Assembly: GCA_020850475.1 (NCBI GenBank)
Contig: JADZEO010000011.1
Location: 10,764-74,763, forward strand
Direction of reading: 5' to 3'
DNA length: 64,000 nt
Origin: Bdellovibrionales bacterium
Lineage (GTDB): Bacteria; Bdellovibrionota; Bdellovibrionia; Bdellovibrionales; UBA1609
Shown: positions 1-9,831 of the stretch, in pieces
How positions within the stretch are numbered: position 1 is the stretch's first letter
Layout of the letters: every line of letters starts with the position of its first letter
Notes under the pieces: model-generated
Databases searched by the model: none
What the model saw: only the letters and a program-made list of their open reading frames with translations
What the model was told of the DNA's origin: nothing
Program-made: the position numbers and the translations under genes

Positions 1-44
1 GTGGCGGTCCGTCGTCCCGAGAACAGATACCTGCCGGTTATGAT

Positions 45-1295
45 TTGGCGACGCAACTCATCCATGGTCAGTACTCGAGTTCGGCTTGGGATTTTAGTCA
101 TCATTTGAATCCTCCCGAGTCGGGCAGCACAACCTTTCGTTTGGAATCGCTCCGACGGGGAGCTGAAGGTTTTTTAAAGTTTGCAGCCAGTGATGGTGAT
201 CCGCAAGCGGCTCCTATTCTAATTTATGATCGTTTGGATGAGCCGAATATTTTAATGCTCGAGTCGCGACTGGCCTTGCTCGAGGGAGCCGGGTGCTCAG
301 TGTCCTTTGGTAGTGGCATGGGCGCGATTGCAACGACGCTGTTGGCCTTGTGTGAGGCGGGCCACAAGATCATTGCCCACCGAACTCTTTATGGTTGCAC
401 CTATAGCTTGATGACAAATTGGCTCCCGCGGCTGGGGGTTCACAGTCGTTTTATTGACATGAATTCGACGCTCGATCGTGCGGCTTTGGCTGACCCCAAG
501 GTGAGGGTGGTCTATTTTGAAAGTCTGACCAATCCCAATTTGGAGATGATCGATTTACCTCAGGTCGTAAAGGAAGTTGGAAAACTCAATCGCGACCGTC
601 GTGAAGAGGAGAAGATTTACATCGTGGTCGATAATACCTTTCCGACCCCTTTGGGATGTCGTCCATTGAAGTTCGGCGCTGACATCGTCATCCAAAGTCT
701 GACGAAAAATCTTTCGGGATTTGGTACCACCATGGGTGGAGCGGTGATGGCACCTCGTCACTTAGAGGGATCTCTCAAGGCAGCTCGCAAAGATTTTGGC
801 GCGGTCCTGAATCCCAAGGCTGCTTGGCATATTATGACTTACGGGCTTTCAACCCTCACGGCCCGTGTTTCGATTCAACAGCAGAACGCCATGCGAGTTG
901 CGGAGTTTTTGGAGAAGCACCCGAAAGTGGAGAAAGTGATTTATCCTGGTTTGAACAGCTTTCCGCAGCGGGAGCTGGCGCAAACATTGTTGCGCTCACC
1001 GGACGGTGAGTTCGCACCTGGGACCATGGTGTCGTTCACTTTAAAGGGCGACATGGATCGCTGTGAAAAGTTCGTCGACCACATCGCCTCTAACTCCTAT
1101 GCAATTACCTTAGCGGTCAGTCTTGGGGTTACCAAGACTCTCATTGAGGTTCCGGGCTTTATGACTCATGCGCCAATCCCCAAGGAACATCAAGAGACCT
1201 CGGGGATTGATCCTCGCGGGATTCGTTTGAGCTTGGGATTAGAAAGTTCCGACGACCTCATTCGTGATCTAGAGAAGTCATTAGAAACGATCTAG
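45..1295 (+). CDS. Cys/Met-metabolism PLP-dependent enzyme (methionine gamma-lyase / cystathionine gamma-synthase / O-acylhomoserine sulfhydrylase family), probably 5'-truncated by the window edge
   Basis: PLP-lysine motif QSLTKNLSGFG and the family-typical N-terminal ATQLIHGQ and GMGAI segments. The reading frame stays open upstream to nt 3, so the TTG at 45 is probably not the true start. Confidence 0.85.
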   Translation: MATQLIHGQYSSSAWDFSHHLNPPESGSTTFRLESLRRGAEGFLKFAASDGDPQAAPILIYDRLDEPNILMLESRLALLEGAGCSVSFGSGMGAIATTLLALCEAGHKIIAHRTLYGCTYSLMTNWLPRLGVHSRFIDMNSTLDRAALADPKVRVVYFESLTNPNLEMIDLPQVVKEVGKLNRDRREEEKIYIVVDNTFPTPLGCRPLKFGADIVIQSLTKNLSGFGTTMGGAVMAPRHLEGSLKAARKDFGAVLNPKAAWHIMTYGLSTLTARVSIQQQNAMRVAEFLEKHPKVEKVIYPGLNSFPQRELAQTLLRSPDGEFAPGTMVSFTLKGDMDRCEKFVDHIASNSYAITLAVSLGVTKTLIEVPGFMTHAPIPKEHQETSGIDPRGIRLSLGLESSDDLIRDLEKSLETI

Positions 1296-1324
1296 CGCCC
1301 TCGTGGGCGGTTGGTCTCCCCAGC

Positions 1325-2143
1325 TTATAAATTCGGCGTCGGCGCGTGCGCTGCGAGTTCTCGTAGGTCGTGCGATGAGCATAATTCGATGGGGGTCTGG
1401 GTATGAACCAATTGAGAGAGGCGCTGTTGATTCTGCAGCGCCATTGAGCGGTTATGGTGGGCGGTAAGGCGAAGATAACGATATCCAAGTGACAAACTCC
1501 TCTTCGAGTCGAGCTCATCTCTTGAGTAATAGCTGTCACCGACATGGAACAACCATTTTTCGTTTGAAGCTTTTGCGATCACACCTAAGTGACCGGCAGT
1601 GTGACCAATCAGTGGTGCTAACAATAGCTCTGGCGGCCAAGTTTTAACTTCTCGAACGCCCTGAAACCCCATCCAAGCTTCACCCGTCGCGACGGGGTGA
1701 ACTTGCCACTTAGGATTGTGGCTAAAATGAGCGGGGCGGTAGCGGATCTTATTCATAAGCCCACGACGTGGTTGCGCGGCGGAGAGTTCTGGTTCGAGGA
1801 GATGAATGATTGCCTCTGGAAAGTCCGCAATGCCTCCGGCATGGTCGAGATCTAGGTGGGTTAAGACAATTTCGCGAACGTCCGTGGCCTTAAAACCCAG
1901 GCGAGTGATTTGAGCAAGCGCGGTTTGTTGCGGGTTGCGATCCCATCCAAAGAGGCGAGCAGACGGACCTAGCTGAGTGGGGTTTTTGAGATCGCTGGTA
2001 CCAAAGCCCGTATCAACCAAAATGAGATGGGTTTTGGTTTCGATCAGCCAGCAGTGACAAACCATAGGGACCGTCGAGAGTTGTGGGAGCCAGTGGCATC
2101 CCCAAGGGCACATTGTTCCACAATTGAGGTGGTGAATTTTCAC
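1325..2143 (-). CDS. MBL-fold metallo-hydrolase
   Basis: HxHxDH-type metal motif THLDLDHAGG plus later His/Asp positions (GHTAGH, HVGD). AGGAGA-like RBS upstream of the ATG. Convergent with the PLP enzyme. Confidence 0.85.
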   Translation of the reverse strand: MKIHHLNCGTMCPWGCHWLPQLSTVPMVCHCWLIETKTHLILVDTGFGTSDLKNPTQLGPSARLFGWDRNPQQTALAQITRLGFKATDVREIVLTHLDLDHAGGIADFPEAIIHLLEPELSAAQPRRGLMNKIRYRPAHFSHNPKWQVHPVATGEAWMGFQGVREVKTWPPELLLAPLIGHTAGHLGVIAKASNEKWLFHVGDSYYSRDELDSKRSLSLGYRYLRLTAHHNRSMALQNQQRLSQLVHTQTPIELCSSHDLRELAAHAPTPNL

Positions 2144-2278
2144 ATCCGTCTCCTGTTTTAGGTGTGCCAGCGCTTGGCGATGGTGTGCCTCTCGAATTCA
2201 AATGTAACACATGCTGAAGTGCTGGACGAAACCCAAAAACACTGGGAACATAATTTGGTAACGACGGAAGGGGTCTTT

Positions 2279-2770
2279 ATGAAGCGATTCTTAGTGGTAC
2301 TGTTGGTTGGGGGAATTCATTGGTCCCAGGCTCTGGCCGCCGCTCGGGGGGTGTTTTTTCCGATGTCTCCGGCGCAAGCGATGATTATCATCCAAGGCTT
2401 CAGCATGGAGGACGGCTCACTTGATCAGGACCCTTACAAACTTTACGACTTGCTTCTTGCCCCTGAAAATACTTTGCCAAGTGGAGACAAGGGAAAAATT
2501 CTTGAGACTTCCGATAAAAGTGTCCTACTGACTTGTGTAGAACGGCCGTCCGGCACGCGCCAATGCCAATTCGTGATTAAAGAGTCGGCCTTTACCGAAA
2601 TCGACAAATCCGCCAAGAGTCTTAATTATGTTCGTCGAGATTCAGATGCTGACCTGTGGTTTACCCAGTTTCAGCCGACCGAAGAGGGTAAATTTTTGTT
2701 TGTGACTACTGACGGGAAGTTTAAACTCTACGTGACGCCTTTTAGCCTGGAAATCGGGTTTCGGGACTGA
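2279..2770 (+). CDS. hypothetical secreted protein
   Basis: The internal ATG at 2279 gives a classic signal peptide (MKRFLVVLLVGGIHWSQALAAARG). The track ORF begins at 2162, but that extension is non-hydrophobic. No family recognised. Confidence 0.5.
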   Translation: MKRFLVVLLVGGIHWSQALAAARGVFFPMSPAQAMIIIQGFSMEDGSLDQDPYKLYDLLLAPENTLPSGDKGKILETSDKSVLLTCVERPSGTRQCQFVIKESAFTEIDKSAKSLNYVRRDSDADLWFTQFQPTEEGKFLFVTTDGKFKLYVTPFSLEIGFRD

Positions 2771-2953
2771 CCCGGTCTTGGGTGACAACTCTGTCATAAT
2801 TACCTGTAAAATGAGTCGACATTCTACACTAAGTGCCGAGGCCCTGGGCCTTATCGCTGATTGAAATTTCTCCCCAAAAATATTTGCCATTTTTTGAACC
2901 CTTTCGATCCGCTATTTTGAGCGCGGGTTAAGCAAATTCAGGAGGGGATTCAA

Positions 2954-5900
2954 TTGGGGCGGATTCATAATCTGTTATTGATTGTTGCATGGCTGTGTTC
3001 TTCGGTCACTTGGGCGCGAACTGTTTCATCAGTTCCGGAGAGTGCAGCGCCATTGCGGTTGGAGCTTGATTGGGCAAAACCTCAGATAGCCAAAGAGGTC
3101 GGTCTGGTTTTGCTTACGACCGGCGGCGAGGTCGATCGTACCGCTGTTGGTCAGCTGATCGGTGATTTACAACGGCGTCGGCATGAGGTTCAAGCTAATG
3201 TCGCGCGCAATGAGAAGATGCTAAAGGGCAAGGATGATGACAAAGTTGCCAAGAAAATTCGAAATAATAAGACGCTGTTTTTTTATGACTTATTGTTGAA
3301 GTGGACTAACCAGCTCAACCAGGACCCGGATCTTTCATTTGCCGCGAAAGCGAAACTGGTACGCAACATCATCGATTTAGATCTCGCGCTTAAATCTGAC
3401 GTGGCGGCAGACAACACTATCGCCGAAAAGCTTCGCCACTTGCAAGAGTTCTCGCAGCGTTTTGAAATCAACAAGACGGCAGCGCCACTGGGAGAGGCGA
3501 TCAATCTCGTTAACCCAGCGACCGGTGAGTATTTTACCCAGGCTGAGTTGGCAAGACTCAAGTCTGAGGGAGTGGACCTCTCAACCTTTGATCCTCCGAC
3601 TCATAACGGTGTGATTGAGATTACTGGGGACGTTTCGCAGAACAGCCCGCAACGACGATTCGCCGCTGGCGAGAACCGGCTTCACCGCGGGGTGGAGGTG
3701 GTCTTCCCCGCGAAGAATGAGGTGACGTTTAAAGAAGTACGCCATCGACAATCACGACCGAAGCTGACCGTTATCGGCGAGGGACCTGATGGCAAAATGC
3801 GCGAGTACAAGCTCAAGTTATCGATGGAGCTGCACGGTGAACCCACCGCGGCCGCTCTGTCGAATGCCCTTGGGATTTATAGCGATCTATCTCGATATGT
3901 GCGTCGGGTTAAGGTCCATCTTGGTGATACTTCCTTTAAAAAGTTTAAAACTGAGTGGAGTTCTTATTATAAAGACGAAAATCTCGAGCGGCTCATTCTT
4001 GAGCAAGGCAGCGACAACCAGGGCGAGTTCCTCGTCTTTATGGATGGCTTGTTGGAGCCGGAGTTGGACGAAGAGCAACTCATGCGTCCGGGGCCCTGGT
4101 ATTGGGGCGGCGCCGACCATCAGTACCGTCGGGAGTTCAGAGGACTTTCAATTTTCAATCTGTGGATTCACAACACGGACCTTAAAGAGGGCGAAAACAA
4201 CAAGCTCATCTTGAAAGCTCGTCCTGGGGGCGAGTTTGACACCTATTATGTGCAGCAGGACTTGGGGTTTGTGTTGGGGCATTACTTCCGAGAGCGGCCA
4301 ACTGATTTTGCGTGGACTCTGGTCAAAGAAGATGGGCGCGACGCCGTGACCTTCAATTACCGGAATTTTCAACCTAACTCTGGTTTTAAGCATGTGACTT
4401 GGGCTGATGCTCGCTGGATGGCTCGCAAAATTGGTCAACTGACCCGCCAACAAATCGTTGAGGCGGTTAGAATTGGCAATTGGCCAAATCAGGCCCCCTA
4501 TGATTACCAGTCGCTGTACGTGGAAAAGTTGATTGAGCGCCGTAACCAGTTGGTGAAGGCCTTTCAGCTAGTGGGTGAGCAATTGCCGTCGGGCGGGCGA
4601 CTTGAACTCCTGCCGGTGGATCGGGCAGTTGAGCAGCGGGCTGTTCCCTCGGAGAAGCACGGGGTCCCCGGGTATTCGGTGGACTTTTCACCTGAGGTCA
4701 AGTCGATGGTGACCGATCCACTGATGGAAAAAATTCAACGAGGCCTCAAAAGCGGCGCGATCAATTTGATTGGCGCGGTGAACAGCATTTCTCTAGAGCC
4801 AGATTGGTTTGGTTGGGACGATGGGGTAATTGCTCGAGTCATTTTAAATGTGAACCGTACCATCGTAAAAAATCCGTCACCAAAAAGCTACGCCGATGCC
4901 TACATTGTCCGTGATGACTTCAAGATCGGAGCGCGCCTGGGTTACGGCATGGTGATTTCGGGGGACGTCGCTTATGTTCGTGGATATTCGCTGATTTACC
5001 CCGCGGCCACTCGAGCCGAAGCCATGGATCGACCGAGGTACCTTTTGCAGATTTTAGGAAGTAGTTACTCTCAAGCCCAAGCGCAGTTGCCGCCAGGGCA
5101 CATTCTGATTCACGAATCGTATCTCGAAGGTCGAGGCCGACTGAATATCGACGGTGGACCAATTTCAATTGGCTACGAAGCTTCTCTGTCGCGGTTTGAT
5201 CTGACTCGTTCATTGATCAGCCGCCGCCACCAGGACCGAATCGTATTGGTCGAAGACGAGAGCTTGTATACCGAAATGGCCCAACGAATCTACACCAAAT
5301 TATTGCTCCTAAAAATCACTCATTTCAAGTGGAGCGATCAGAAGGGACAAGTCAATCGGGATGCCTATGAGTTACCTGTCGACAAGGGAAGCTTGATTGA
5401 TGAGGTGATCTTTGCGAATGACTTTTCGGGTGTTAAGGAGAGGGCTCAGCGGCGTAAACTGAAAAGTGATTTCTGGCAGCAGGTGACGGAGATTAATCTT
5501 CTGGGATTTTGGAAAAAGAAGAAAATCATCCGCCGTGACCTCATCGAAGTTGCGACTCAAGATGAATCGGGACAATGGGTGCAGGGAAGAACCAAGTTAG
5601 TCGTCGACGTGGGAGCTGAACAGAATTGGCGCTTGGTCTTGGATGGAGAAGATCACATCAAGCGGGTGCATTTTAGTTCGGATATGTCGGGTTCCCAGTT
5701 TGCCGATCCTCTGTTGCGGATTTCCTTTACTCACCATGATCGCAACGCCACGGTGGACGAGTTCGAAAATGGTTACATCTCGTTTATTGACGGATTGGCC
5801 GGGATATTGAACTTTTTGGATTTTTCTCCTCGCTTGCATGCCAAACGCGAAGGCTATGGTGAGATCTTGGTTAATACCGAAATTGAATACTACCGCGACG

Positions 5901-6385
5901 GGATAGAAACGCTCTTGCAATTGGATCCCGAGTCGTTCAAAAGGACCCTGACTTCACAAGTGCAGCAGGTGCAAAGATTCCCAAAGGGAGAAGCTGATGA
6001 AGAACAGCAGTTGTTCTACGGCAAATGGTATCCTACGCCCGAGATGAATGAGCCAGTGGACCGATTTCTGAGATACATGGAAGACGTCCGACGTGCTCCT
6101 GACCTGACCTCGCAAATTGAAAGCCTGAGTTTGGCCCTGTACAAAGCGGCGACAACTTCGGGCGACTCCTTTCACCCGGCGGTGTTTCGAGTCTTAAATA
6201 GCCTGGTCGGCGAAAGTAATCTGTTTATGGAGTCGCACATTTCAGTTCCAGAAGACGTAGAAAATAAATTTCCTGGCAGGGTCACCTTTTACAACCAGCT
6301 GGGAAAGCAAAGGAAGTTTTCGCGCGAACGCGAACGCCTGCTGTTTGATCTAAGTGAAGCTCTGGCGGTTTACCAGGCATTTTAG
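2954..6385 (+). CDS. large secreted protein of unknown function with a PI3/PI4-kinase-/HipA-like catalytic-loop motif
   Basis: Uninterrupted 1143-codon ORF. AGGAGG RBS about 8 nt before the TTG start. N-terminal signal peptide (LLLIVAWLCSSVTWA). Motifs FNLWIHNTDLKEGENNKLIL and QQDLGFVLG lie at nt 4150-4280. Confidence 0.75.
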   Translation: MGRIHNLLLIVAWLCSSVTWARTVSSVPESAAPLRLELDWAKPQIAKEVGLVLLTTGGEVDRTAVGQLIGDLQRRRHEVQANVARNEKMLKGKDDDKVAKKIRNNKTLFFYDLLLKWTNQLNQDPDLSFAAKAKLVRNIIDLDLALKSDVAADNTIAEKLRHLQEFSQRFEINKTAAPLGEAINLVNPATGEYFTQAELARLKSEGVDLSTFDPPTHNGVIEITGDVSQNSPQRRFAAGENRLHRGVEVVFPAKNEVTFKEVRHRQSRPKLTVIGEGPDGKMREYKLKLSMELHGEPTAAALSNALGIYSDLSRYVRRVKVHLGDTSFKKFKTEWSSYYKDENLERLILEQGSDNQGEFLVFMDGLLEPELDEEQLMRPGPWYWGGADHQYRREFRGLSIFNLWIHNTDLKEGENNKLILKARPGGEFDTYYVQQDLGFVLGHYFRERPTDFAWTLVKEDGRDAVTFNYRNFQPNSGFKHVTWADARWMARKIGQLTRQQIVEAVRIGNWPNQAPYDYQSLYVEKLIERRNQLVKAFQLVGEQLPSGGRLELLPVDRAVEQRAVPSEKHGVPGYSVDFSPEVKSMVTDPLMEKIQRGLKSGAINLIGAVNSISLEPDWFGWDDGVIARVILNVNRTIVKNPSPKSYADAYIVRDDFKIGARLGYGMVISGDVAYVRGYSLIYPAATRAEAMDRPRYLLQILGSSYSQAQAQLPPGHILIHESYLEGRGRLNIDGGPISIGYEASLSRFDLTRSLISRRHQDRIVLVEDESLYTEMAQRIYTKLLLLKITHFKWSDQKGQVNRDAYELPVDKGSLIDEVIFANDFSGVKERAQRRKLKSDFWQQVTEINLLGFWKKKKIIRRDLIEVATQDESGQWVQGRTKLVVDVGAEQNWRLVLDGEDHIKRVHFSSDMSGSQFADPLLRISFTHHDRNATVDEFENGYISFIDGLAGILNFLDFSPRLHAKREGYGEILVNTEIEYYRDGIETLLQLDPESFKRTLTSQVQQVQRFPKGEADEEQQLFYGKWYPTPEMNEPVDRFLRYMEDVRRAPDLTSQIESLSLALYKAATTSGDSFHPAVFRVLNSLVGESNLFMESHISVPEDVENKFPGRVTFYNQLGKQRKFSRERERLLFDLSEALAVYQAF

Positions 6386-6451
6386 GCCCGCGGATTTGAG
6401 TGGCCCAGGTTTGGACTTGACTTGTCGGGAATGGGGCGCGAAGCAGATGTG

Positions 6452-7951
6452 ATGATTTTGCTTTGCGCGGTCAACGCGACCTATCAGTATCCATCTTTGG
6501 GCTTGCGTAGCCTCTGGGCAAATATGGGCCCTCTCCAAGGGGTCACCCAGCTGGTGGAGTTTTCGATCAAGCGCGATCCTCGAGAGATTGCCGAAGAAGT
6601 CGTGAGCCTCAAGCCGCAAATTGTGGGTTTTGGGGTTTACATTTGGAATGTCGAGCACCTTGAAGCCAGTTGCCGCGAGCTCAGGCAGCGACAGCCAGAC
6701 CTCCACATCGTGTTTGGTGGCCCCGAGGTGAGCTATGAGTGGGAAACCTCGCCGCTGAACGGATTACCTAATGTGGTAATTCAAGGGGAAGGCGAGGAGG
6801 CATTTCGCGAGCACTGCAGGGGTTTTCTATCGGGAGAATGGCGTGAGCAAGGTCACACCCAGGTCATCAAGGCGCCTTTGGTGGAGCTCGCGAGTTTGGA
6901 ATTTCCTTATCGGTTCTATTCCGATCACGATCTGAAGACCCGTCACGTTTGTGTGGAGGCTTCACGGGGGTGTCCTTTTAAGTGCCAGTTTTGCCTCTCC
7001 TCTCTCGACACCCAAGTCCGTAAATTTCCCTTGACGAGGTTTTGTTCCGAGCTTGTTCATCTGCTCGAGCGGGGAGCTCGCAATTTTAAGTTTATAGATC
7101 GGACGTTCAATCTATCGGCTTCCACGTGCGAGGCTATTTTGCGACTGTTTTTGCCCTGGAAGGACCAGGGGCTGTTTTTGCATTTTGAAATCGTTCCCGA
7201 TCGAATGCCTCAAGTTGTAAAGGACTTGGTAGGTCAATTTCCTCCAGGGACAATTCAGTTTGAGATTGGAATTCAAACTTTAAACCAAGAGGTTGCTCAT
7301 CGGATCCAAAGGTTCAATGATTGGGAGAGGGTCAAAGAAAATCTACACTTCTTGGTTAACCACACCTCAGTGCATCTCCATGCCGATCTCATCGCTGGTC
7401 TTCCTGGAGAAGATCTGGAGTCATTTGCGCGGGGGTTTGATCGCTTGTTGGACCTAGGCCCTCAGGAAATACAAGTGGGTGTTCTCAAGCGGCTTAGGGG
7501 TGCTCCAATTGCGATCCATGATGATGAATGGGGTATGGTTTATCATCAGAAGGCGCCTTATCAGGTACTGAGCACGAGGCATCTTTCTGCGGAATATGTC
7601 CAGTCGGTAGAGCGTTTTGCCAAGTACTGGGAGAGGATCAATAATAGTGGATGTTTTGGGCAGACGTTGAGGCTTCTCTGGACTTGGGGGCGCGGGAACG
7701 GATCGGCCTTTTGGTCATTTATGGACTTAGTCGAATTTCTCCATGAACGGCACCAAACGACATATGGTCTCCATCAGCTCGACTTGATTAAATCAATGGT
7801 CAGTTACTTCGTTGATGAGCTCAAGGTGGATCCTGTGGCGGTTCGAGGGGCATTCGCTCACGACTACGGACGGAATATCGCCAAAGAAATTCCCCACTTT
7901 CTGATTGAGCCAGAAGCGGAGTTGGTCGGGGTTTTGCCTGTGAGTTCCTAA
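6452..7951 (+). CDS. B12-binding-domain radical SAM protein (DUF4080-type C-terminus)
   Basis: CxxxCxxC cluster motif in EASRGCPFKCQFC. The N-terminal MILLCAVNATYQYPSLGLRSL is typical of the cobalamin-binding domain of this family. The in-frame track ORF starts at 6422. Confidence 0.85.
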   Translation: MILLCAVNATYQYPSLGLRSLWANMGPLQGVTQLVEFSIKRDPREIAEEVVSLKPQIVGFGVYIWNVEHLEASCRELRQRQPDLHIVFGGPEVSYEWETSPLNGLPNVVIQGEGEEAFREHCRGFLSGEWREQGHTQVIKAPLVELASLEFPYRFYSDHDLKTRHVCVEASRGCPFKCQFCLSSLDTQVRKFPLTRFCSELVHLLERGARNFKFIDRTFNLSASTCEAILRLFLPWKDQGLFLHFEIVPDRMPQVVKDLVGQFPPGTIQFEIGIQTLNQEVAHRIQRFNDWERVKENLHFLVNHTSVHLHADLIAGLPGEDLESFARGFDRLLDLGPQEIQVGVLKRLRGAPIAIHDDEWGMVYHQKAPYQVLSTRHLSAEYVQSVERFAKYWERINNSGCFGQTLRLLWTWGRGNGSAFWSFMDLVEFLHERHQTTYGLHQLDLIKSMVSYFVDELKVDPVAVRGAFAHDYGRNIAKEIPHFLIEPEAELVGVLPVSS

Positions 7952-8166
7952 AGAGTGGGCGGGGGCTCAGTGTCGTTTGATTTTTGCCCAAACCCCAGCG
8001 CTTTGAAAACCAGAGCTGCCGCTAAAAGGACACCGACTCCAAGCATGATTCTGCCGGCCCCAAAACTGAGTGTCTCGGTGGTAATGACTCCAAACACCGT
8101 CAACAGGCCCATGATGGTCAAGCACATGGCAGCGATAGCTGCTAATATCCGAATGGAAGCCCCCAT
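7948..8166 (-). CDS. small two-TM membrane protein (last gene of the LemA operon)
   Basis: Two clear hydrophobic helices (ILAAIAAMCLTIMGLLTVFGVI and IMLGVGVLLAAALVFKALGF). The ATG lies 1 nt after the stop of the upstream gene. The opposing + ORF 7955..8239 looks non-coding. Confidence 0.55.
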   Translation of the reverse strand: MGASIRILAAIAAMCLTIMGLLTVFGVITTETLSFGAGRIMLGVGVLLAAALVFKALGFGQKSNDTEPPPTL

Positions 8167-8167
8167 T

Positions 8168-9229
8168 TTAAGTCCCTACCTTTTGTTGTTGTTTGTTCCA
8201 AATGCGGGTATTGAGGTCAAGTTCCTCGACAATTTCTAGGATTGCGACCAGCTCGCTAAGCAAAGTTTCAATTGCAACGGTGAGATCTTTAAGAGAGTAG
8301 CCGATTTCCATGAACTGTCCGGGGTGGGGAATCGCCACGACGACGCTCTTCTCAAAAAAAGAAAGCTGCAAGTTAGCATTGTACTTGGTCTTGAGGTCCA
8401 AAATCTTTTCCATAAATGACGGCGTCAATAGGTAACGGGCTTCAGTTTCGTCGGTTGAGACGACTTTAAAAGAGGCCTCGAAGATGGGATTCTCGAGTTC
8501 GACCAGTTTGAGTTTTGACCCCGTTGTACCAATACGTTGAGCAGTTCTCGCGAGCAGGCCGATTCCGTTTTCTAGGCGGTCGGTGTGCACTCGGGTTTGG
8601 CCAACAAAGTTTTTGTTAAAGTCGGCGCGGAAGAGAAGTCCCTTGAAGATCGGAATGTAACGAGTCCGTCGCCGTCCCTTGGAGTCGCGGTAGGTCTCAC
8701 GGTTATAGGTAGCGACTTCAATGAGATCAAAGTGGGTTTGGCCCAAATACCCGGCACAATGATCTTCGGCACTCGCCCGATCGTAACTGGCCGAGAACAG
8801 ACCACAGCCTTTATAAAGTCGATCCGGAAAGGGCGACTGGGCGTTGAATTCGAATTCGGGAGACAAGTATCTTACGGCTCGTTGTTTGAGATCATGACGG
8901 AGCTTTTGGAGTTCAGAGAAAGCTCGCGCGCGGTTGCGTGCAATTTTGACTAGCTCTCGGCCGATGAGAAAGAGACCCACCATGAAGATGGCCGCACTTG
9001 CCAGTCCAAGGACGGATCTGGGCGCGCCAGTGAGTCGCGAAGACTCAACGATCTGACTGACGATCCAGCCGCCGATAATGAGCGGCAACGAGCGGGTCGC
9101 TTCGTGTTTAATGGGATCCAGGTCAAGTTGGTGTTTTAACTGAAACTCGTCAACCAGAGGCCAAAGTTCTGCTTGGCAGAACTCAGCCGATTGAGACAGG
9201 CGTTGACGGAGCTCTTGCAGTTCGGCCAC
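8168..9229 (-). CDS. DUF3137-like membrane protein
   Basis: N-terminal TM pair, then a region (HFDLIEV...IPIFKGLLFRADFNKNFVGQT) that resembles DUF3137, a family commonly encoded next to lemA. It sits 2 nt downstream of lemA. Confidence 0.6.
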   Translation of the reverse strand: MAELQELRQRLSQSAEFCQAELWPLVDEFQLKHQLDLDPIKHEATRSLPLIIGGWIVSQIVESSRLTGAPRSVLGLASAAIFMVGLFLIGRELVKIARNRARAFSELQKLRHDLKQRAVRYLSPEFEFNAQSPFPDRLYKGCGLFSASYDRASAEDHCAGYLGQTHFDLIEVATYNRETYRDSKGRRRTRYIPIFKGLLFRADFNKNFVGQTRVHTDRLENGIGLLARTAQRIGTTGSKLKLVELENPIFEASFKVVSTDETEARYLLTPSFMEKILDLKTKYNANLQLSFFEKSVVVAIPHPGQFMEIGYSLKDLTVAIETLLSELVAILEIVEELDLNTRIWNKQQQKVGT

Positions 9230-9231
9230 GA

Positions 9232-9831
9232 TTAAGATCCTGTCTCGCCGAAGAGCTTGGTAATGTCAGGTCGTTGGGCGTTGGCTGGTTCAACTTGAAA
9301 AACCGCCTTGCGACGGTATCCAAGGGCTTGGGCTAAGAATACAGTGGGAATGCTTTCCACCGCGTTGTTATAGCGCACCACTGCTGAATTATAGGTTCTT
9401 CGGGCCGCCGAGAGTTGCCCTTCAATTTCATTGAGTGACCCTTGAAGGTTGAGAAAGTTTTCGCTGGCTTTGAGTTCAGGATAGTTTTCGGCGACTGCAA
9501 AGACTTGGCCGAACATTTGGGACATTTGTGAGTCCGCCTTTTGCAGTTCTCCATCGTCACTGAGCTTGCGTTGTATGGCCGTGCGAGCGGCGGTTAAGTC
9601 GTTTAAGAGTTTCATTTCGTGCTGAGCGTACTGTTTGACGGTCGCAACCAACGAAGGGATGAGATCGGCTCGCTTTTGCAGGTAGCTATGGACCGCCCCC
9701 ACAGCGTTTTCAATTTCATTTTTCTTTGCGACGAGTGAGTTGTACATGACAACAAAAATCACGGTAACGCCGCCAAGTAAAACCAGCCACTCCACGGACA
9801 TACTTGATCTCCTTATCCTGTGGTTTGCCAA
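9232..9831 (-). CDS. lemA: LemA family protein
   Basis: N-terminal TM helix followed by the LemA signature YNSLVAKKNEIENA...LQKRADLIPSLVATVKQYAQHE and ENYPELKASENF. Confidence 0.9.
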   Translation of the reverse strand: MANHRIRRSSMSVEWLVLLGGVTVIFVVMYNSLVAKKNEIENAVGAVHSYLQKRADLIPSLVATVKQYAQHEMKLLNDLTAARTAIQRKLSDDGELQKADSQMSQMFGQVFAVAENYPELKASENFLNLQGSLNEIEGQLSAARRTYNSAVVRYNNAVESIPTVFLAQALGYRRKAVFQVEPANAQRPDITKLFGETGS

